A stretch of DNA of 41,970 nt from positions 1 to 41,970 of the forward strand of contig CAJFCJ010000101.1 of the NCBI GenBank assembly GCA_904063045.1, read 5' to 3'. The position numbers were made by a program, and so were the translations under genes. Shown here piece by piece: positions 1 through 9,111 of this stretch. Origin of the DNA: Dimorphilus gyrociliatus. Taxonomy: Eukaryota > Animalia > Annelida. The notes beneath the pieces are model-generated. The model saw only the letters and a list, made by a program, of their open reading frames with translations, was not told the origin of the DNA and ran no database searches. Numbering within the stretch: position 1 is the first letter of the stretch; every line of letters begins with the position of its first letter.

Positions 1-567
1 AACCTTTAAACAAATGTTTAAATTAAAACGGTTTATTCGCAATAATAATACTTAAGCAAGTAACAATATGAGAGTTCGATAGCAGAGTAGATAGTTTGTA
101 AAGCAGGTTGCCAAATTACCAAACTGTCTTCAATGTTGAGGAGTAGATGGATGGTTCCAGTGGAGGTTGTTTCCAGATGATTTTCCCAGGTCCTTGGGTC
201 CAGATGGAAGCTGCATGCCAAATGAGAATAATGAGGATTTATATACTTTGAGGTTTGTCTCTGACATCCAATCATCACTTTACAGTTGCCGAAATGTGTA
301 GTTCATATTTATCTTTAGTAACAGGATGTTACAAGGTTCAACATTTAGGAAGGTTAATTGAATTATAACTTGGCCACACCCTAGGCAAGTTAATTAATTA
401 TAACTTGGCCAAACCTTTATTGGTAATTAAAGATGACCTTCAGCTGACTAATCAGACTTATGTTTGGCAATGTTATAGCATTTTCTTGCGTAGGTTTTAA
501 GATGTACATGTATATGTTGCATAAAATAATAGAGTTCAAGCATGTAAAATATAACCAAAGTTGTACA
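1..567 (-). repeat. 3' LTR of element 1 (about 62 bp missing beyond the window start)
   Basis: Matches 8539-9111 except for 6 single-base indels and 2 substitutions. Begins TGTACAAC on the minus strand directly after the PPT. Confidence 0.97.
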
Positions 568-568
568 A

Positions 569-582
569 CTTCCCCCTTCTTT
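569..582 (-). other. Polypurine tract of element 1
   Basis: Minus strand reads AAAGAAGGGGGAAG, then T, then the LTR start TGTACA. Confidence 0.92.
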
Positions 583-598
583 GTGAAGATGAGTCCCT

Positions 599-925
599 TC
601 ATCTTGATTTAATGAGAATTACAGGTGGTTGTTCTTCTTCATTAGTTTGATGTTGACTAAAGCTACAACTTTGTTTCATTAGTTTTGGGTTTTCAGGAGA
701 GTTATCTGTGCTCTCACTTGGGGTAGCAATTTCTTCTCTTTGTTTTCTTCTTCCAATAATATAGTTGAAATGATGATACATACCATTGACACTACAATAC
801 TCAAACAAATATTTCTATGATAACATAAAGTGTTTTCCCAGGTTTATAGTACAACTATGGAAAAACTTTTTAATTCCAGATAAATTGGGTACAATGCCAT
901 TTTTCTCTGCAACAGTGACATGTTA
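599..925 (-). pseudogene. env: Frameshifted C-terminus of element 1 env (membrane-proximal region, TM helix, cytoplasmic tail)
   Basis: Allowing about 4 single-base deletions recovers VAEKNGIVPNLSGIKKFFHS, YYKPGKTL, LSIVVSMVCII and YIIGRRKQ. These align with element 2 FANDLGIDAALSPTQHLFSSWIRKPFKIL..YFIGRKN. Confidence 0.7.
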
Positions 926-2580
926 TCATACCTTGCCTGCTTCTGTTCCAGTGAACTGATAACTTGCTTAATTTTTGAGTGCTGGTATGCAATATCCTTC
1001 TTTACCCCATGGTGGAGTAGATCAGCTAATCTGGCAATTTCAATTTTTGGTTCAGAAAGGTGATTGTGGATATGTAACTGCATGGATTTTGCAGACACAG
1101 TGTGAAATCTGCATCCTCTTTCTGAATAATACACATACGTTTTGTCTTTCATTGGTTGGTTTCTTATAGGATTTAATGGGTTGTGAGTTGTTTTGTAGAA
1201 TAACTTGTTAGACTTACACTCATTATAGGTAATCTCTTCAGGATTGACTTGCTGTAAAACATGAGTAACTGGTTCTACTTGGAAAAGCAGGTTGTTCATG
1301 GTGACAAGTAAAAATTGAGAACATTTGTTATTCTTTTTTATCATGCTTAAGTCACAAACTACTTCTGTTGAGGCTATTGGTGAACATTGTTTAATTATAG
1401 CTAATTCTCCCATCTGACTACTGTGCATTCCCAACTCATTTGTTAACACTGTGGTCAATTGAGGATCCAAATTTGCTAGTAATGCCATCATTCTGCTTCT
1501 TTGAACAAATTGATTGCAGAGAAGACTTGACAGCTGTTGGGTAAACTTTTTTAAATTCTTAAAATTTGAATCAATACCATGTAGTAAGGTAGATGTTTGG
1601 GCAGCTTCTCTCATTTCCAATGGGAATTTGTGGTATGGGTTTTTACTTATCTTATGTTTCAGTTTTGCTTCCTTCTTCATCTGCTTTTTAGCCATTCTCA
1701 TGTGTAGAGTAAAATAAATTCCTTCATAGGTAATCTTAAATTCTCTGGCTGGTGGTCCTTTATACCATATGCCCAATGTTGGTAATACCTTCTTTTTGAT
1801 TCTTTTCTCACTGTATACATATTTTGAAATCGTGACAGATTGTCTTGTTGCCCTTGTCCAATTGACTGCTTGCAGCATTTCTTGGATATAATAGTTATCC
1901 AGCTCCCAGTAAGATGGACTAATGGGTTGTTGTAGATGATATATCACAACTTCCTTGAGTGTGCCTTTATTTCTCATTAGTTTATACTTTGTGTTTGTTT
2001 CTCTGTACCATTGGTTAAGACTTGGTAAGGGGTTGTTTCGCTTGTATAGTATAATTTGTTCTTTAACTTTATTGGGATAGTTTAATAGTCGTTTTTCTTC
2101 ATTTTTGCCAATCTTCTGATATTGTAGCAAATTGTATAGGTGTTCCTTGCTTGTTTCCTGTATTAAACTCTGTTCCTCCAGTGGTACTAGTACTTTTGTT
2201 CCAGGACCACCAATTCCATCAATAAACTTATCTTGATAAGGGATGTCCAGAATAGAATACCCTGGACAAGAATAGTGACCAGCAAATTTGATACAACTAA
2301 TTCTGTTGCTAATTTTTATCCATGGTGATTGTTGCCCAAGTGTGTAATTATTCTTGAGGTTTCTAAAGACAATAATTGCCTCTTCTGTCTCACAATAGGA
2401 CTGCCCTGGTAAACAATCTTCCAGGTAGTCCAGATTAGTTGTAATTTTCATATTAGGAGGTTGCCAATATGCTTTGCCAAACTGGATAATTGTGGTGTAT
2501 TCCAGCACCTTGGTCGTTGTTGGCCATGTGTAGGCAGCAGGAAACTGATCTTGGTGGATCCAAGTGTTTCTTTTCACCAT
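844..2580 (-). CDS. env: Env ectodomain of element 1 (class III / gB-like fusion protein), in frame with the upstream ORF across one TGA at 2602-2604
   Basis: Clearly homologous to element 2 env. Contains LLCNQF..MMALLANLDPQ..GELAIIKQCSPI, resembling the gB domain III helix and domain IV entry. The 21 nt between the stop and the ATG keep the frame. Confidence 0.8.
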   Translation of the reverse strand: MVKRNTWIHQDQFPAAYTWPTTTKVLEYTTIIQFGKAYWQPPNMKITTNLDYLEDCLPGQSYCETEEAIIVFRNLKNNYTLGQQSPWIKISNRISCIKFAGHYSCPGYSILDIPYQDKFIDGIGGPGTKVLVPLEEQSLIQETSKEHLYNLLQYQKIGKNEEKRLLNYPNKVKEQIILYKRNNPLPSLNQWYRETNTKYKLMRNKGTLKEVVIYHLQQPISPSYWELDNYYIQEMLQAVNWTRATRQSVTISKYVYSEKRIKKKVLPTLGIWYKGPPAREFKITYEGIYFTLHMRMAKKQMKKEAKLKHKISKNPYHKFPLEMREAAQTSTLLHGIDSNFKNLKKFTQQLSSLLCNQFVQRSRMMALLANLDPQLTTVLTNELGMHSSQMGELAIIKQCSPIASTEVVCDLSMIKKNNKCSQFLLVTMNNLLFQVEPVTHVLQQVNPEEITYNECKSNKLFYKTTHNPLNPIRNQPMKDKTYVYYSERGCRFHTVSAKSMQLHIHNHLSEPKIEIARLADLLHHGVKKDIAYQHSKIKQVISSLEQKQARYDNMSLLQRKMALYPIYLELKSFSIVVL

Positions 2581-2601
2581 TAAAGGTTTTCCTTGAAAAG
2601 A

Positions 2602-5424
2602 TCATTTGTCTTTTATCATCTGTCTGCATTGATCATGAGTTACTTTGATAACTGAGTTAACAATCCTCCTCTTCTTTGCTCCAAAGAAATAGTAAGTGTA
2701 AAAATTAGTTCTTAGATACACTTGACATTTTACTGCTCTTGTTTCAATTTCTTCCAAGTTCAATTCATAGATATCAGCTGTAATTGTCTTGGTTTCTTGT
2801 GATTCTATATTACAAGTTGGCTCATCTGCTAGATCAAATGCCTGGCTTGGTAGTTGGTTAGAACAAAAGTATAACGGTGGTTTAAATGTTAAGGTAATGT
2901 TTGCACTTGTAACATGGGCACCTTGGTAGGATGGTTTTGGGACTGTTATTGAGTGGATGCAGCCACAGATCACCATTACAGTCATCACTAGTGGAAGCCA
3001 CAACATCTGTTTCATGTTAGCTCTTCCTGTGTTGGCTATAGTTGAATGGTTGAAAATTTTGTGTTGTTGTTCCACTCTGATAGTTATTCCATCTTCTAAC
3101 TCTATATATTGTGGTTCCACTTCTTGTTGGGAATCTAATTGTTCAGAGATGATTTTAGTCTCATCTAAAAATATGACTGACTCATTGTCTGTGTCACTTG
3201 TATTTTCTTTCTCATCTTGGGATGAATCTACCACTATGAGGGACTCATTATCTGAATGGGTTATGTCAATAATTTCACCTTCAATAATTATTGACTCATT
3301 ATCCGAATGGGTTATATCAATAATTTCACTTTCAATAATTATTGACTCATCGTCTGAACTAGATATTTCATCTTCTCTATCAGAGATAATGTTTGCCTCT
3401 GAATCTGTATTTTGATCCAGTTCATTATTTGTTTCTGTGTCATCACTTTCAGATGAGCTTGAAGGTTCATTGAGACTGTAATTACTGTCTGTTTTGAAAG
3501 TATTGCTTGTGTCATAACCAGTATCAGAATTAGTAACTTCCATCTCTGAGTCATCACTATCTGAACTTTCTGATGAAGAGTCATGCTGTCCCATCATGGC
3601 TATAGTGACTTTGTTTAGTTGAGGTTGCCTTATTCTTTCAGCCAGGTTCCCTTTCCTTCTATCAAATTTGAGAGAACACTGTTTAGCTTCAAAATTGAGG
3701 TTTGCTCCCACAGTTTGTAGGAAATCACAACCAAGTATTATTGCTATGTCTAGATTTTCCATAACTATAAATTCTTGTTCCATACTTTCTCCAGCAAATT
3801 GGATATTCAGCTTTACGCTTCCTTTTTGCTTTAAAGCTTTCCCATCAGCTGAAGTTATAATTGGTAAGCCAATTGTTTCTTTATCCATAATTGTAACATC
3901 CATTAACTTGATTTCTTTTTCAGTAATAAAGGATCTCAATGCTCCTGTGTCACACAAGGCGATGACTTCTTGGCCTTTTTGATTCTTCAAACGGAATTGG
4001 AAGTCATTTCTTCCTTCTACCTGAGAAAGATATTGGAGGTGTGTTATTTCCTTCTCCACAAGGTGAAAGATTGTTGTTGCTTCTTTCCCTGTTTCCAACT
4101 TATTAGATTCATTGGCTAGTCTTAATCTGCTACCATGTACCAACTTGCATGTATTATCATCCATTTGTATTTCATATATCCACTTTTGATGATTGACTTT
4201 TGTTATTCGGTATGGGCCTAACCATTTTAAAGAAGGGATTTTTGTTATTGCAATTCTTGCAGCATCATTTCTTAAGAATACTTCATCATCAACCTCAAAA
4301 TATTTTGGAAGATTGAGATTTCTATTCTTTCTTTCCCTATATTGTTCTTTTGCCATGATGGATTTACAGAAGGCTGTAGCTCTTAACTGTACTAATTGCT
4401 GCTGGTGATTGAATACAAATAGTACATTTGTTTCAGGAGAGGTAGTATGCATTGTTACATCAATCAGTGTTCTTGTGCTGGTGCCAAAAAGAAGTTCCTG
4501 GGGTGGTAGTCTTGTACTTCCTACAGGTGATTGATTCAAAAATGCTTGAATCAAGGGTAGGTTTGCAACCCAGTTATGCTGATTTTCTTCCACCACTAAT
4601 TTATTGATTTCCTTCCTCACTTCTCTATTTCTTCGTTCAACTAGTCCATTGCTCTGGCTTCTATAAGCTGTTGTTTGGATTTTCTCAATACCTAATACCT
4701 TCATAAACTCTTTAAAAGCTTTACCAACAAAGTTTCTTCCTTGATCTGTCAACATTTGTTTTGGAATTCCAAAAATGGGAAAAAATCTGTTGAAAAGAAG
4801 GTTTGCAATTTCTTTACTGGTTTGCTGTTTGAGTGCATATAAAACTGTGTATCTACTGAAATGATCCACTATCACAAGTATGAATCTGTATGACTTAACC
4901 ATGGGTAAGGGTCCCATTATATCCATGGCTACCAACTCCATTGGTGATGCAGGGTGAAAGGTTTCTACCAAAGGGTATACTCTACTCCTACCATTCATTT
5001 GTTCACACAAAGTGCAATCCTTTATTGAATTCTCAATCATAATCTTTAATTTTGGGTGCCAAAAGGTCTTTGTAATTATTTGTAATGTCATTCTGGGTCC
5101 ATGGTGATTGTGAATTTTATTTTTATGGAATTTAGGGAGCAGAGTTAGCATCAAATGGTCAGGTAAAACCAGAATGTTTCTTTCTTCAAGGATAATCCAG
5201 ATCATTTCCTTGTGAACAAACATCTCCATTATGAAAGGTGTAAAAGTTCCAAAATAAGGAATAGGTAGCTGACCATCCAATGTTAAATATTCTTTAATTG
5301 ATTTTAAATTCACATCTTTTTCTTGCTCTGACTGTAAGTCAACAGAAGACAAATCAATTTTCTCTTCACTGTTATCACTGGTAGCTACAAAAGTTAACTC
5401 TGGTGTATGTTCATACTGTTCCAT
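2602..5424 (-). CDS. pol: Integrase, second aspartic protease, acidic repeat block, signal peptide and env N-terminus in one frame
   Basis: HHCC (H..HH..CTLC), DDE (MDIMGP, TDQG, VERRN), GPY motif, ALCDTGA..IILGCDFL protease, D/E/S-rich region, hydrophobic MKQMLWLPLVMTVMVICGCIHS. Confidence 0.93.
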   Translation of the reverse strand: MEQYEHTPELTFVATSDNSEEKIDLSSVDLQSEQEKDVNLKSIKEYLTLDGQLPIPYFGTFTPFIMEMFVHKEMIWIILEERNILVLPDHLMLTLLPKFHKNKIHNHHGPRMTLQIITKTFWHPKLKIMIENSIKDCTLCEQMNGRSRVYPLVETFHPASPMELVAMDIMGPLPMVKSYRFILVIVDHFSRYTVLYALKQQTSKEIANLLFNRFFPIFGIPKQMLTDQGRNFVGKAFKEFMKVLGIEKIQTTAYRSQSNGLVERRNREVRKEINKLVVEENQHNWVANLPLIQAFLNQSPVGSTRLPPQELLFGTSTRTLIDVTMHTTSPETNVLFVFNHQQQLVQLRATAFCKSIMAKEQYRERKNRNLNLPKYFEVDDEVFLRNDAARIAITKIPSLKWLGPYRITKVNHQKWIYEIQMDDNTCKLVHGSRLRLANESNKLETGKEATTIFHLVEKEITHLQYLSQVEGRNDFQFRLKNQKGQEVIALCDTGALRSFITEKEIKLMDVTIMDKETIGLPIITSADGKALKQKGSVKLNIQFAGESMEQEFIVMENLDIAIILGCDFLQTVGANLNFEAKQCSLKFDRRKGNLAERIRQPQLNKVTIAMMGQHDSSSESSDSDDSEMEVTNSDTGYDTSNTFKTDSNYSLNEPSSSSESDDTETNNELDQNTDSEANIISDREDEISSSDDESIIIESEIIDITHSDNESIIIEGEIIDITHSDNESLIVVDSSQDEKENTSDTDNESVIFLDETKIISEQLDSQQEVEPQYIELEDGITIRVEQQHKIFNHSTIANTGRANMKQMLWLPLVMTVMVICGCIHSITVPKPSYQGAHVTSANITLTFKPPLYFCSNQLPSQAFDLADEPTCNIESQETKTITADIYELNLEEIETRAVKCQVYLRTNFYTYYFFGAKKRRIVNSVIKVTHDQCRQMIKDK
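3242..3350 (-). repeat. 51-bp tandem repeat (2+ copies) encoding ESIIIE(S/G)EIIDITHSDN
   Basis: Unit gactcattatc(t/c)gaatggg..aataattatt starts at 3242 and 3293, with a partial copy at 3344. Confidence 0.95.
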
Positions 5425-5522
5425 TTTAACTGAAATAGAGGGAGAATTCTCCTTTTTGATCTTTCCATGAATTAGCTCTTCAAATGTTACTTTCCTTGGG
5501 GGTGTATATTCTTCTAATCTTG

Positions 5523-7946
5523 TTAATGCATCTGCTCTATTTTTTGTCCTGTCACATAGTTAATTGTAAATTTTAAATCCATTAAAGCCATGACCCATTT
5601 TGCTGTGCTGACATTCAATTTGTTTTGCTTAAATGTTTGTACTAGACTCTGATGGTCAGTATATAAAAAGAATGGCTTGTCTTGAAGGTAATGTAAAAAT
5701 TTCTTTACAACCCAGTAAACACCAAATGCTTCCTTTTGATAGGCTGCATATTTCATTTGATTATTGTTGAATTGTTTTGAAGCGTAGGCAATGGGTTTCA
5801 TTGTTTTCTTCCCATTCTCATCTACATAAACTTGTTCAAGAACTCCTCCTACAGCTACATTCGATGCATCTGTTGTTAAGTGAAAATCTTTAGCAAAATC
5901 AGGTAGTTGTAATACAGGAGGGTTAACTACTGCATCTCTCAACTTGAAAAATGATTGCTTGGCTTCCTCAGTCCATTGCAATTTATCCTTTTTCCCATGT
6001 AGTTTCATTAACATATACAGAGGTTTAGCTACTCTTGCAAAATCTTGTATAAATTTTCTGTAATAGCCACAAAATGCAACAAAGCTTAGTAGTGAATTTG
6101 CAAACACTGGTGGCTGTAAATTATATAATTTATCTGTCTTGGACTTATCTGTTTCAATCCCCTTTTCTGATACAATGTGTCCCAAGAATTGAACTTGTTC
6201 TTTCAAAAACACACATTTACTTAGTTTAATCTTAAAATTGTACTTTTGAATCTGTTGAAGAATGGTCTCCAATGCTTCCCAATGTTGGTCCAGCGACTTG
6301 GTAAATATTATTATGTCATCAAGGTAGTTTAGGCACAAATGCTTTACATCCTTTAGCACAAATGAATTCATTACATAACTAAAATGAGGAGGGGCATTGG
6401 TTAATCCAAAAGGCATCTTAATAAATTCAAACAAGCCAAAAGGTGTAATAAATGCTGTTTTAGACCTATCTTCTTTCTTGATGTTAATGTGGTGGTATGC
6501 ACTTGTCAAATCCATTGTAGAAAAGAATTTATTTCCTCCTCCCAAATGGTCAAAAAGATCATCTTGATTTGGCAGTGGATACTTGTTTTTAACTGTCATT
6601 TTGTTTAGTTTTCTATAATCTACACACATTCGTAGACTACCTTCCTTCTTTCTTACGAAAACAATTGGTGAAGCCCAATTGCTCTTGCTTGGTTGAATAA
6701 CTTTGCTTTTTACCAATTCAGCTATCTGTTGCTTACATTCTTCTTGTTTTTGAGGAGGCATTCTATATGGCCTTTGTCTATATGGTGTTGAACCTGGTTC
6801 AAGAGTTATTTCCAAGGGTGGTACCTCTGGATTGCCAATATCAAATCTGTCTTCTGCAATAGTTTCTTTATATTTTGCCAGAATTTGGGTAACTTTGTTC
6901 TTCATCTTGGGATTTTCTTGTTCAATTGTTGTCTGAAGGGTATGTATTTGACTCTCATTCTTTTTCATAATAAGAGGAACTGGGTAAAATCCTTTGAAAG
7001 ATAAGTGTTGTGTTCCAACAGGGTAATTCTTTTCTGTACCTGGCTGGAGTATAATCTGTCTCTTGCCAAAGTCAAGGGTAGCTCCATTTTGTTGTAGAAA
7101 GTCACACCCAATAATACATTGTTGTGTAATGATTTTGTTGATCAGAAAGCGTTGTTTAATAATCTTTCTATTAAAATAAAGTCTGAGAATGATTTCTCCA
7201 CATATCTCAATGCTATTTCCTGAAGCATCTCTAGCATTTTTCACAGTTTGTTCTGGGAAGGATGCTTTTCCTTGAACTTGTCTTAATACCTTTTTTGAAA
7301 TGAAAGATCTGTCACTACCAGAGTCTATCAAGGCATCAAACTTAAAACCAGTATTAGTTTCAAATTGTCCAATAAATGTTGAGGCATTTCGCTCAGATTG
7401 TTTGCTTTGTAACAGCTGACAAGTGGATTCGTCACTATCTGAAAAACAGAGAATATCTTGAACTTCGTCGTTTTCTGACATGCTTTCATTGTCTAATGTT
7501 TCTAATTTTTGTAGCTTAGGTTCCTCTTTCAGTATCGTCTTTGCTGGTTGATTTTTCTTATAATACCTATTTGTTGTAGTTGGTGCATACTTTTGGACTT
7601 TTTGGCTTGAAAACTTTTCTTTAGTAGCATTTTTGTTGTCAGGTACATGCTTTCTATTCCAGAAATTTGGGGTTTCTGTAGAAGCATCTTTTCTGATTAC
7701 CTGGGTCTTTTTGGTCTCTTTTCTTTGTTGAGTTTCCAATTTTGACACCATTGTGATCGGTTTTCTTTGAGTTAGTTTTAATGAAGTTTCTGCTTGCTTA
7801 GCAGCCTCATATAGTTCTGCCAATGTTTGACATTTAGGATGTAAGGTGTACACTAAATGTAGAATATCCTGTTGTAATCCTCTTTGTAAAACTTCCATCA
7901 GTTTTATTTCTTTCATAGTTGCAAGCAATTGTGGTTCCATTGGGCT
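5523..7946 (-). CDS. pol: Gag C-terminus, protease 1, reverse transcriptase and RNase H of element 1
   Basis: LQRGL..TLAELYEAAKQAE gag helix, DALIDSGS..IIGCDFL, WASP, YLDDII, TTDAS, YTDH. One extra A in the run near 5543 would restore NRADAL and fuse this ORF to the integrase frame. Confidence 0.95.
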   Translation of the reverse strand, partial: SPMEPQLLATMKEIKLMEVLQRGLQQDILHLVYTLHPKCQTLAELYEAAKQAETSLKLTQRKPITMVSKLETQQRKETKKTQVIRKDASTETPNFWNRKHVPDNKNATKEKFSSQKVQKYAPTTTNRYYKKNQPAKTILKEEPKLQKLETLDNESMSENDEVQDILCFSDSDESTCQLLQSKQSERNASTFIGQFETNTGFKFDALIDSGSDRSFISKKVLRQVQGKASFPEQTVKNARDASGNSIEICGEIILRLYFNRKIIKQRFLINKIITQQCIIGCDFLQQNGATLDFGKRQIILQPGTEKNYPVGTQHLSFKGFYPVPLIMKKNESQIHTLQTTIEQENPKMKNKVTQILAKYKETIAEDRFDIGNPEVPPLEITLEPGSTPYRQRPYRMPPQKQEECKQQIAELVKSKVIQPSKSNWASPIVFVRKKEGSLRMCVDYRKLNKMTVKNKYPLPNQDDLFDHLGGGNKFFSTMDLTSAYHHINIKKEDRSKTAFITPFGLFEFIKMPFGLTNAPPHFSYVMNSFVLKDVKHLCLNYLDDIIIFTKSLDQHWEALETILQQIQKYNFKIKLSKCVFLKEQVQFLGHIVSEKGIETDKSKTDKLYNLQPPVFANSLLSFVAFCGYYRKFIQDFARVAKPLYMLMKLHGKKDKLQWTEEAKQSFFKLRDAVVNPPVLQLPDFAKDFHLTTDASNVAVGGVLEQVYVDENGKKTMKPIAYASKQFNNNQMKYAAYQKEAFGVYWVVKKFLHYLQDKPFFLYTDHQSLVQTFKQNKLNVSTAKWVMALMDLKFTINYVTGQKIEQMH

Positions 7947-8416
7947 TTCCATATTTCCTCCACAGTAGGCTCTCCATCCAGAGCCAACACCAAATCCTTT
8001 GCAGGACCAGTTAAATAATCTAAAAGATTTGCTTTCACAACATCTTCTCCTATCCAACCATAAGCATAACATGCCTGATTAAAGTCTTCTTTGAATTTTG
8101 AACACTCCTTGCTTCCATCATACAACTTGAGAATAGTTCTTTGAGGGCGGTCCCAAGCAGCCCTTAATGCTTGAATTACTGTTGTGATATCAACATTTGG
8201 GTTCTGTGCTGGGTGATGTGTTCCATCTCCATGATCTGTTGGAATTGTGATTCGATTTCTTTTCATTTCACTCACCAATCTGTCATAGTCTTCAATTAGT
8301 CTTTGTTGCCTTTCTGACATTCCTGCTGGCTGAATTGTAATTGTTGGAGTTGCTGGGGTTGAAGGGTTAGAGTCTGTAACTGCCCCAGTGGCGTTTCCAT
8401 TTCCTTCTTCTGCCAT
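7913..8416 (-). CDS. gag: Gag N-terminus of element 1 (frame break near 7945)
   Basis: First ATG after the PBS (MAEEG). YDGS..FKEDFNQACYAYGW..LLDYLTGPA resembles a retrotransposon capsid domain. No CCHC knuckle seen. Confidence 0.8.
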   Translation of the reverse strand: MAEEGNGNATGAVTDSNPSTPATPTITIQPAGMSERQQRLIEDYDRLVSEMKRNRITIPTDHGDGTHHPAQNPNVDITTVIQALRAAWDRPQRTILKLYDGSKECSKFKEDFNQACYAYGWIGEDVVKANLLDYLTGPAKDLVLALDGEPTVEEIWKAQWNHNCLQL

Positions 8417-8454
8417 ATTTACTTTCTCAAAACTTTTGAATAAACCAAAAGAAT

Positions 8455-8472
8455 ATCCTGTCGACTGCGCCA
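8455..8472 (-). other. Primer binding site, tRNA-Ser type
   Basis: TGGCGCAGTCGACAGGAT, 4 nt after the LTR end. Close to the tRNA-Ser PBS of Drosophila 17.6/297-type elements (TGGCGCAGTCGGTAGGAT). Confidence 0.9.
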
Positions 8473-8476
8473 AATT

Positions 8477-9111
8477 TGTACTGCTCTTGCTGGCAAAATC
8501 TATGCGTTTGCAAGTTATAACAATACTGGTTCTACTCGAACCTTTAAACAAATGTTTAAATTAAAACGGTTTATTCGCAATAATAATACTTAAGCAAGTA
8601 ACAATATGAGAGTTCGATAGCAGAGTAGATAGTTTGTAAAAGCAGGTTGCCAAATTACCAAACTGTCTTCTAATGTTGAGGAGTAGATGGATGGTTCCAG
8701 TGGAGGTTGTTTCCAGATGATTTTCCCAGGTCCTTGGGTCCAGATGGAAGCTGCATGCCAAATGAGAATAATGAGAATTTATATACTTTGAGGTTTGTCT
8801 CTGACATCCAATCATCACTTTACAGTTGCCGAAATGTGTAGTTCATATTTATCTTTAGTAACAGGATGTTACAAGGTTCAACATTTAGGAAGGTTAATTG
8901 AATTATAACTTGGCCACACCCTAGGCAAGTTAATTAAATTATAACTTGGCCAAACCTTTGTTGGTAATTAAAGATGAGCCTTCAAGCTGACTAATCAGAC
9001 TTATGTTTGGCCAATGTTATAGCATTTTCTTGCGTAGGTTTTAAGATGTACATGTATATGTTGCATAAAATAATAGAGTTCAAGCATGTAAAATATAACC
9101 AAAGTTGTACA
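8477..9111 (-). repeat. 5' LTR of element 1 (635 bp)
   Basis: Termini TGTAC..GTACA, TATA-like AGTATATAAA, AATAAA near the 3' end, and a duplicated aattataacttggcca motif in U3. Confidence 0.97.

Larger units (their letters stand above)
1..9111 (-). mobile_element. Element 1: Ty3/Gypsy LTR retrotransposon with env-like region and a second protease (left end outside the window)
   Basis: Direct repeats 1-567 and 8539-9111. TG..CA LTR termini, PBS and PPT in the expected places. Order PR-RT-RH-IN with the Gypsy RT signature RMCVDYRKLN, YLDD, TTDAS, and integrase HHCC and DDE motifs. Confidence 0.97.

Noticed and set aside
33-602. Short ORFs in the element 1 LTRs (33-278, 417-602, 8561-8818)
   Set aside because: Their frames differ between the two LTR copies because of single-base indels, and they have no recognisable domain.
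975-4408. Plus-strand ORFs antisense to element 1 pol/env (e.g. 2957-3415, 3668-3982)
   Set aside because: Shadow ORFs explained by the codon bias of the acidic repeat block and the sense ORF.
7935-7955. Programmed -1 gag-pol frameshift at the element 1 gag break
   Set aside because: No X XXY YYZ slippery heptamer, and the break falls inside the capsid-like domain, which also looks shortened. A deletion or error is more likely.
8455-8472. tRNA gene
   Set aside because: Only an 18-nt complement of a tRNA 3' end including CCA, which is a PBS. No cloverleaf is present.
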